Position numbers and translations under genes: made by a program. From Vampirovibrionales bacterium (GTDB lineage Bacteria > Cyanobacteriota > Vampirovibrionia > Vampirovibrionales > JAJTHC01): a DNA stretch of 39,820 nucleotides. Each line of letters starts with the position of its first letter. Position 1 is the first letter of the stretch. The stretch spans positions 1 through 39,820 of the forward strand of contig JAYKJM010000001.1 of the NCBI GenBank assembly GCA_035285385.1. Direction: 5' to 3'. Shown one piece after another: positions 37,201 through 39,820 of this stretch. The notes under the pieces are model-generated. The model had not been told where the DNA came from and did no database searches. It saw nothing but the letters and a program-made list of their open reading frames with translations.

Positions 37201-37359
37201 CTACTCGGCAGCCTCAGTTGATGGGCTGGCACTGAAGCCTCCTGGACGTGAGCCACCAAAGCGGGATTTACCAACACCTTTAGGAACACGCTTCTTGAAT
37301 TTACGAGCGTATTCACGGTTTCGAGCCGCTTTTTCTTGTTTTTGTTTGTTCTTGGCCAT
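37201..37359 (-). CDS. Small highly basic protein (52 aa), below the ORF-track cutoff
   Basis: My translation is MAKNKQKQEKAARNREYARKFKKRVPKGVGKSRFGGSRPGGFSASPSTEAAE. ATG37359 is preceded by AAGGA. No homolog recognised. Confidence 0.45.
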   Translation of the reverse strand: MAKNKQKQEKAARNREYARKFKKRVPKGVGKSRFGGSRPGGFSASPSTEAAE

Positions 37360-37563
37360 GTCAGAAAATCCTTTCCAAAGAATAATAGCGCGAAGTTCGA
37401 GTCACGGTGTTAAGCGTCAACTAGCAGCTGCAATTGGCAGAAGCGGCTGAGAAGATGGGTTTCACCGCTGAGATGGTGGTGGGTTTCACCATGGTTTTGC
37501 AGCATGAGCGAAAACAACCACCTAAATATCGTAAGCCTAGCGTGACGCAAAATCAGATAAAAA

Positions 37564-37616
37564 GCAAAAAAACGCCATCCTCAATGTGTCGATTGACATC
37601 GTTTGAGAATGGCGTT
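37564..37616 (-). terminator. Rho-independent terminator of the zinc-ribbon gene
   Basis: On the - strand, AACGCCATTCTCAA (37616-37603) pairs with TTGAGGATGGCGTT (37584-37571) with one mismatch. TTTTTTTGCTTTTT follows. It starts 10 nt after the stop codon. Confidence 0.75.
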
Positions 37617-37625
37617 TATTAAAAT

Positions 37626-37958
37626 TTAGTAGGCACGCTGTGACTGAAAGCAGGGCTTGCAGTACACGGGCTTGCGGCCATCTGGACGGAATGGCACTTG
37701 GGTGTTTGCGCCACAACCGGAACAAACCGCATCAAAGAACTCACGTTCTCCACCAAAGCCACCTCGGCCACCACCAAAGCCACCGCGGCCACCACCGAAG
37801 CCACCACCTGAACGCTTGGCAGCTTTTGCGGCCTCACGACAAGGCTTGCAACGACGGGGTGGGTTAAAGCCTTTTTCGTTGAAAAATTCTTGCTCCTCAA
37901 CGGTAAATACGAATTCTCCCCCACAATCAGAGCAGGGTAAGGTTTGTGCTTGAAACAT
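37626..37958 (-). CDS. Double CxxC zinc-ribbon protein with a central RGG/FGG repeat linker (probable nucleic-acid binding)
   Basis: MFQAQTLPCSDCGGEFVFTVEEQEFFNEKGFNPPRRCKPCRE is followed by SGGGFGGGRGGFGGGRGGFGG and then AVCSGCGANTQVPFRPDGRKPVYCKPCFQ. Start trimmed to ATG37958, preceded by AGAGGAA. Confidence 0.8.
   Translation of the reverse strand: MFQAQTLPCSDCGGEFVFTVEEQEFFNEKGFNPPRRCKPCREAAKAAKRSGGGFGGGRGGFGGGRGGFGGEREFFDAVCSGCGANTQVPFRPDGRKPVYCKPCFQSQRAY
37747..37809. repeat. Three tandem 21-bp units encoding the GGFGGGR repeat
   Basis: Units at 37747-37767, 37768-37788 and 37789-37809 (ccaccaccaaagccaccgcgg and variants). Confidence 0.8.
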
Positions 37959-38182
37959 GCGCGATTCCTCTAAATTGGAAATAACGATAGAATGATTGAC
38001 AGATTGTGTTAACAACCTACTGATCGCGCCATGACACCCGTGTCAAGAAACCCTGTCAAGAAAATTTAGAGAACTCGTTATGAGGAACCTGTTGCGAACA
38101 ATATTGTCTATATTATTACCTAAGCTTTTTAAAAAAGCGATAGTTCCACAGGTAAATTTTAAATTATATCTTTAAATCAATA

Positions 38183-38854
38183 TTATTGCAATAATGGCGC
38201 CAACGCGGTGAGATACTCAGCAACATTGGTGTGAAGGATTCTATCTTCAAGTGCTATACGATGTTGCAGGTCACAGCCAAGGTTTTTAAGCTTACCACTA
38301 AGGGGATCCAGCGCCGAATAAACATTAATAAAGCGCTCAACGGGGGGTCTTTTTAAGGGTTTTGATGGAAATAACGTTTTAATGAGCGTGGCAATCCCCT
38401 GAAGCGGGGATCCAAGCGGACAGGCAATGGTTGCAAGGGTCAGCGGGTGTTTATCAGTAAGCCAAGATTGGCTTAGCGTCAGCCAGACAGCGATCAAGCC
38501 ACCCAGTGAATAACCAACCAGGGTAATGGGCTCTTGCGGACTCAACGGGGCAAGCTGATGTTCAAGCCGGTTGGCAATGTCTTGTCGCAACTTTGCGTTG
38601 GTCATAAATGAGGTTGCATCTTGCAGATAATCTGCCAGTAGCAATTCTGCCAACGAAAAAGATTGCTGATAATAGGCCGATGCGGCTTTAATCACAAGCC
38701 GTGTCAGGCCACTTAAAACGGTTGAATCCATTAAATCTTCGTAATAAAGGGGGATAAGATCGCTAACGGGACAATTAAGTCGGGTTGCCGCCTGCCATTG
38801 CACCTGAAAATCAGCAGATGTATTGCCCATGCCGTGTATCAGAATGGTTTTCAT
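38183..38854 (-). CDS. Alpha/beta-fold hydrolase (lipase/esterase-like)
   Basis: The oxyanion-type N-terminus is KTILIHGMGNT and the nucleophile elbow is LVGYSLGG (GxSxG). Length is 223 aa. AGAGGA SD. The gene lies 45 bp downstream of the M15 peptidase gene on the same strand. Confidence 0.72.
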   Translation of the reverse strand: MKTILIHGMGNTSADFQVQWQAATRLNCPVSDLIPLYYEDLMDSTVLSGLTRLVIKAASAYYQQSFSLAELLLADYLQDATSFMTNAKLRQDIANRLEHQLAPLSPQEPITLVGYSLGGLIAVWLTLSQSWLTDKHPLTLATIACPLGSPLQGIATLIKTLFPSKPLKRPPVERFINVYSALDPLSGKLKNLGCDLQHRIALEDRILHTNVAEYLTALAPLLQ

Positions 38855-38899
38855 GAAAAATCCTCTTGTATCTATTGCTCAAATAACCTCTCCATATGC

Positions 38900-39307
38900 T
38901 CAATAATGTCCCATCCAGCGACGATGCGGGCCAATATCAACGTGAACATGCGCAGGGTAGAGCCCTAAGCCTCCCGCCCATTGACTCAGCCGTTCTGCCG
39001 TCTGCCTAGGCGTTAACCCTGCTACCTGAATATCTGCCGCCATCCCCGTCAGATGATAGCTCTGCGAGGCACCGCCCACTTGCCTGTTCAGCGAGATACT
39101 TCGGTAACCACCCCCATTAGGGCTTATTCGAACGGCTCGATGTTCAAAAACCGTCTCTCGCAATATCTGTAAACGTTGAGCCAGCTTTTTTAGGTTTTCA
39201 AAGTGAATGGGCGGGATTTTCTGTGCATCAAATCCAGCCGGTAAAAACTCTCCCAGTGTAAAATGCTCGCAAAGCATCGTCGAACGTGTTCGCAATGGCA
39301 TCGTCAT
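38900..39307 (-). CDS. Peptidase M15 (M15A/DUF882-like, endolysin-type zinc D-Ala-D-Ala peptidase), no signal peptide
   Basis: FTLGEF...GGGYRSISLNRQVGGASQSYHLTGMAADIQV...PAHVHVDIGP contains the H..D..H zinc-ligand pattern of the family. A strong AAGGAG SD lies upstream. Confidence 0.85.
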   Translation of the reverse strand: MTMPLRTRSTMLCEHFTLGEFLPAGFDAQKIPPIHFENLKKLAQRLQILRETVFEHRAVRISPNGGGYRSISLNRQVGGASQSYHLTGMAADIQVAGLTPRQTAERLSQWAGGLGLYPAHVHVDIGPHRRWMGHY

Positions 39308-39509
39308 GGCCTCTTCTCCTTACCTCCGTGTAAATCTCTGTCTGGCCAAAGTCCTGAGTAAAAACTCCCAGCCAAACGCTCTGAGATAGATGGCATCTCA
39401 AGCAGCGATCGAAAATCGCCCATGTTGTGCTCGCTTCTGGAGCGCCTGAAGAGCAATTTCAGACATCTGGCCATGATGTTGTAATTTGAATGTTTTTTAT
39501 TGAAATGTA

Positions 39510-39820
39510 TCAGCCTGGTTCGCTTCGGCCGCCTCGAATCACTCGAGAGGCTTTGATCGTGATTAAGCCCTTGCGCAGGTCGGCTAAATCTGTCTTGAGT
39601 TCACCCAAATCATCGTGCAGTTCTTGCCGGAGGGTTGTGACGGCCTCCTTCAGGGTAGATTCCAATTTGCTCAACGCGCGCTCAACCTCATCTCGTCGAA
39701 TGGTGTGCTGCATCACCTGCTGAATCAAATCGGCTTTGAGTGCGTTGAGTTCGGCTTTTGTCGCAAAGAGTCCTACGTTGACTAAAAAAAGTAACATGCC
39801 GCCTGCAATTGTCCCTGTGG
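39510..39820 (-). CDS. Coiled-coil protein with an N-terminal hydrophobic segment, probably truncated by the window edge
   Basis: ...TGTIAGGMLLFLVNVGLFATKAELNALKADLIQQVMQH...LRQELHDDLGELKTDLADLRKGL. The frame stays open upstream of Met39797 to the window end. It is loosely DUF1640-like by eye. Confidence 0.5.
   Translation of the reverse strand, partial: TGTIAGGMLLFLVNVGLFATKAELNALKADLIQQVMQHTIRRDEVERALSKLESTLKEAVTTLRQELHDDLGELKTDLADLRKGLITIKASRVIRGGRSEPG

Noticed and set aside
37657-37953. + strand ORF encoding PPKPPRPPPKPPRPPPKPP
   Set aside because: It is the antisense reading of the GGFGGGR-encoding tandem repeat. The - strand frame has paired CxxC zinc ribbons, an SD and a terminator.

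Overview
This is a roughly 50% GC bacterial chromosomal window. I cannot place it taxonomically because it has no rRNA, and I ran no homology searches. All calls come from reading the ORF translations and the DNA by eye.

Most of the window is recognisable housekeeping and cell-envelope genes: coaD, an HU-family protein, an orphan OmpR-type response regulator, thrC, tRNA-Asp(GTC), murB, uppS, a HIT protein, yebC, an SDR sugar-nucleotide epimerase, rpsR, a double-hotdog thioesterase, two class A penicillin-binding proteins, a fused M16 peptidase, a large TPR protein and folP. I found no CRISPR array, transposase, integrase or obvious defence gene.

The parts that are not ordinary are:
1. Two giant proteins built on strongly remodelled GH13 (alpha-amylase superfamily) scaffolds. 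The first (9877-13716) has a CBM48-like N-terminus and three large insertions in the barrel. The second (31040-34339) is a single-pass membrane protein. It is translationally coupled to a 4-TM protein and sits beside an orphan sugar-type ABC solute-binding lipoprotein. This is my best candidate for an undescribed system, possibly an envelope alpha-glucan module.
2. An flhA/sctV-family export-gate gene with no other flagellar or T3SS genes nearby.
3. An 85-bp-period duplication that copies the 3' end of tRNA-Asp.
4. An in-frame 54-bp tandem duplication inside murB.
5. A ~0.55-kb non-coding gap ending in a strong orphan terminator, which may hold a structured ncRNA.
6. Adjacent genes for an RGG-repeat zinc-ribbon protein and a tiny basic protein.
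7. An endolysin-like M15 peptidase with an alpha/beta hydrolase and a coiled-coil membrane protein at the window edge.

Functional interpretations of the novel parts are hypotheses.
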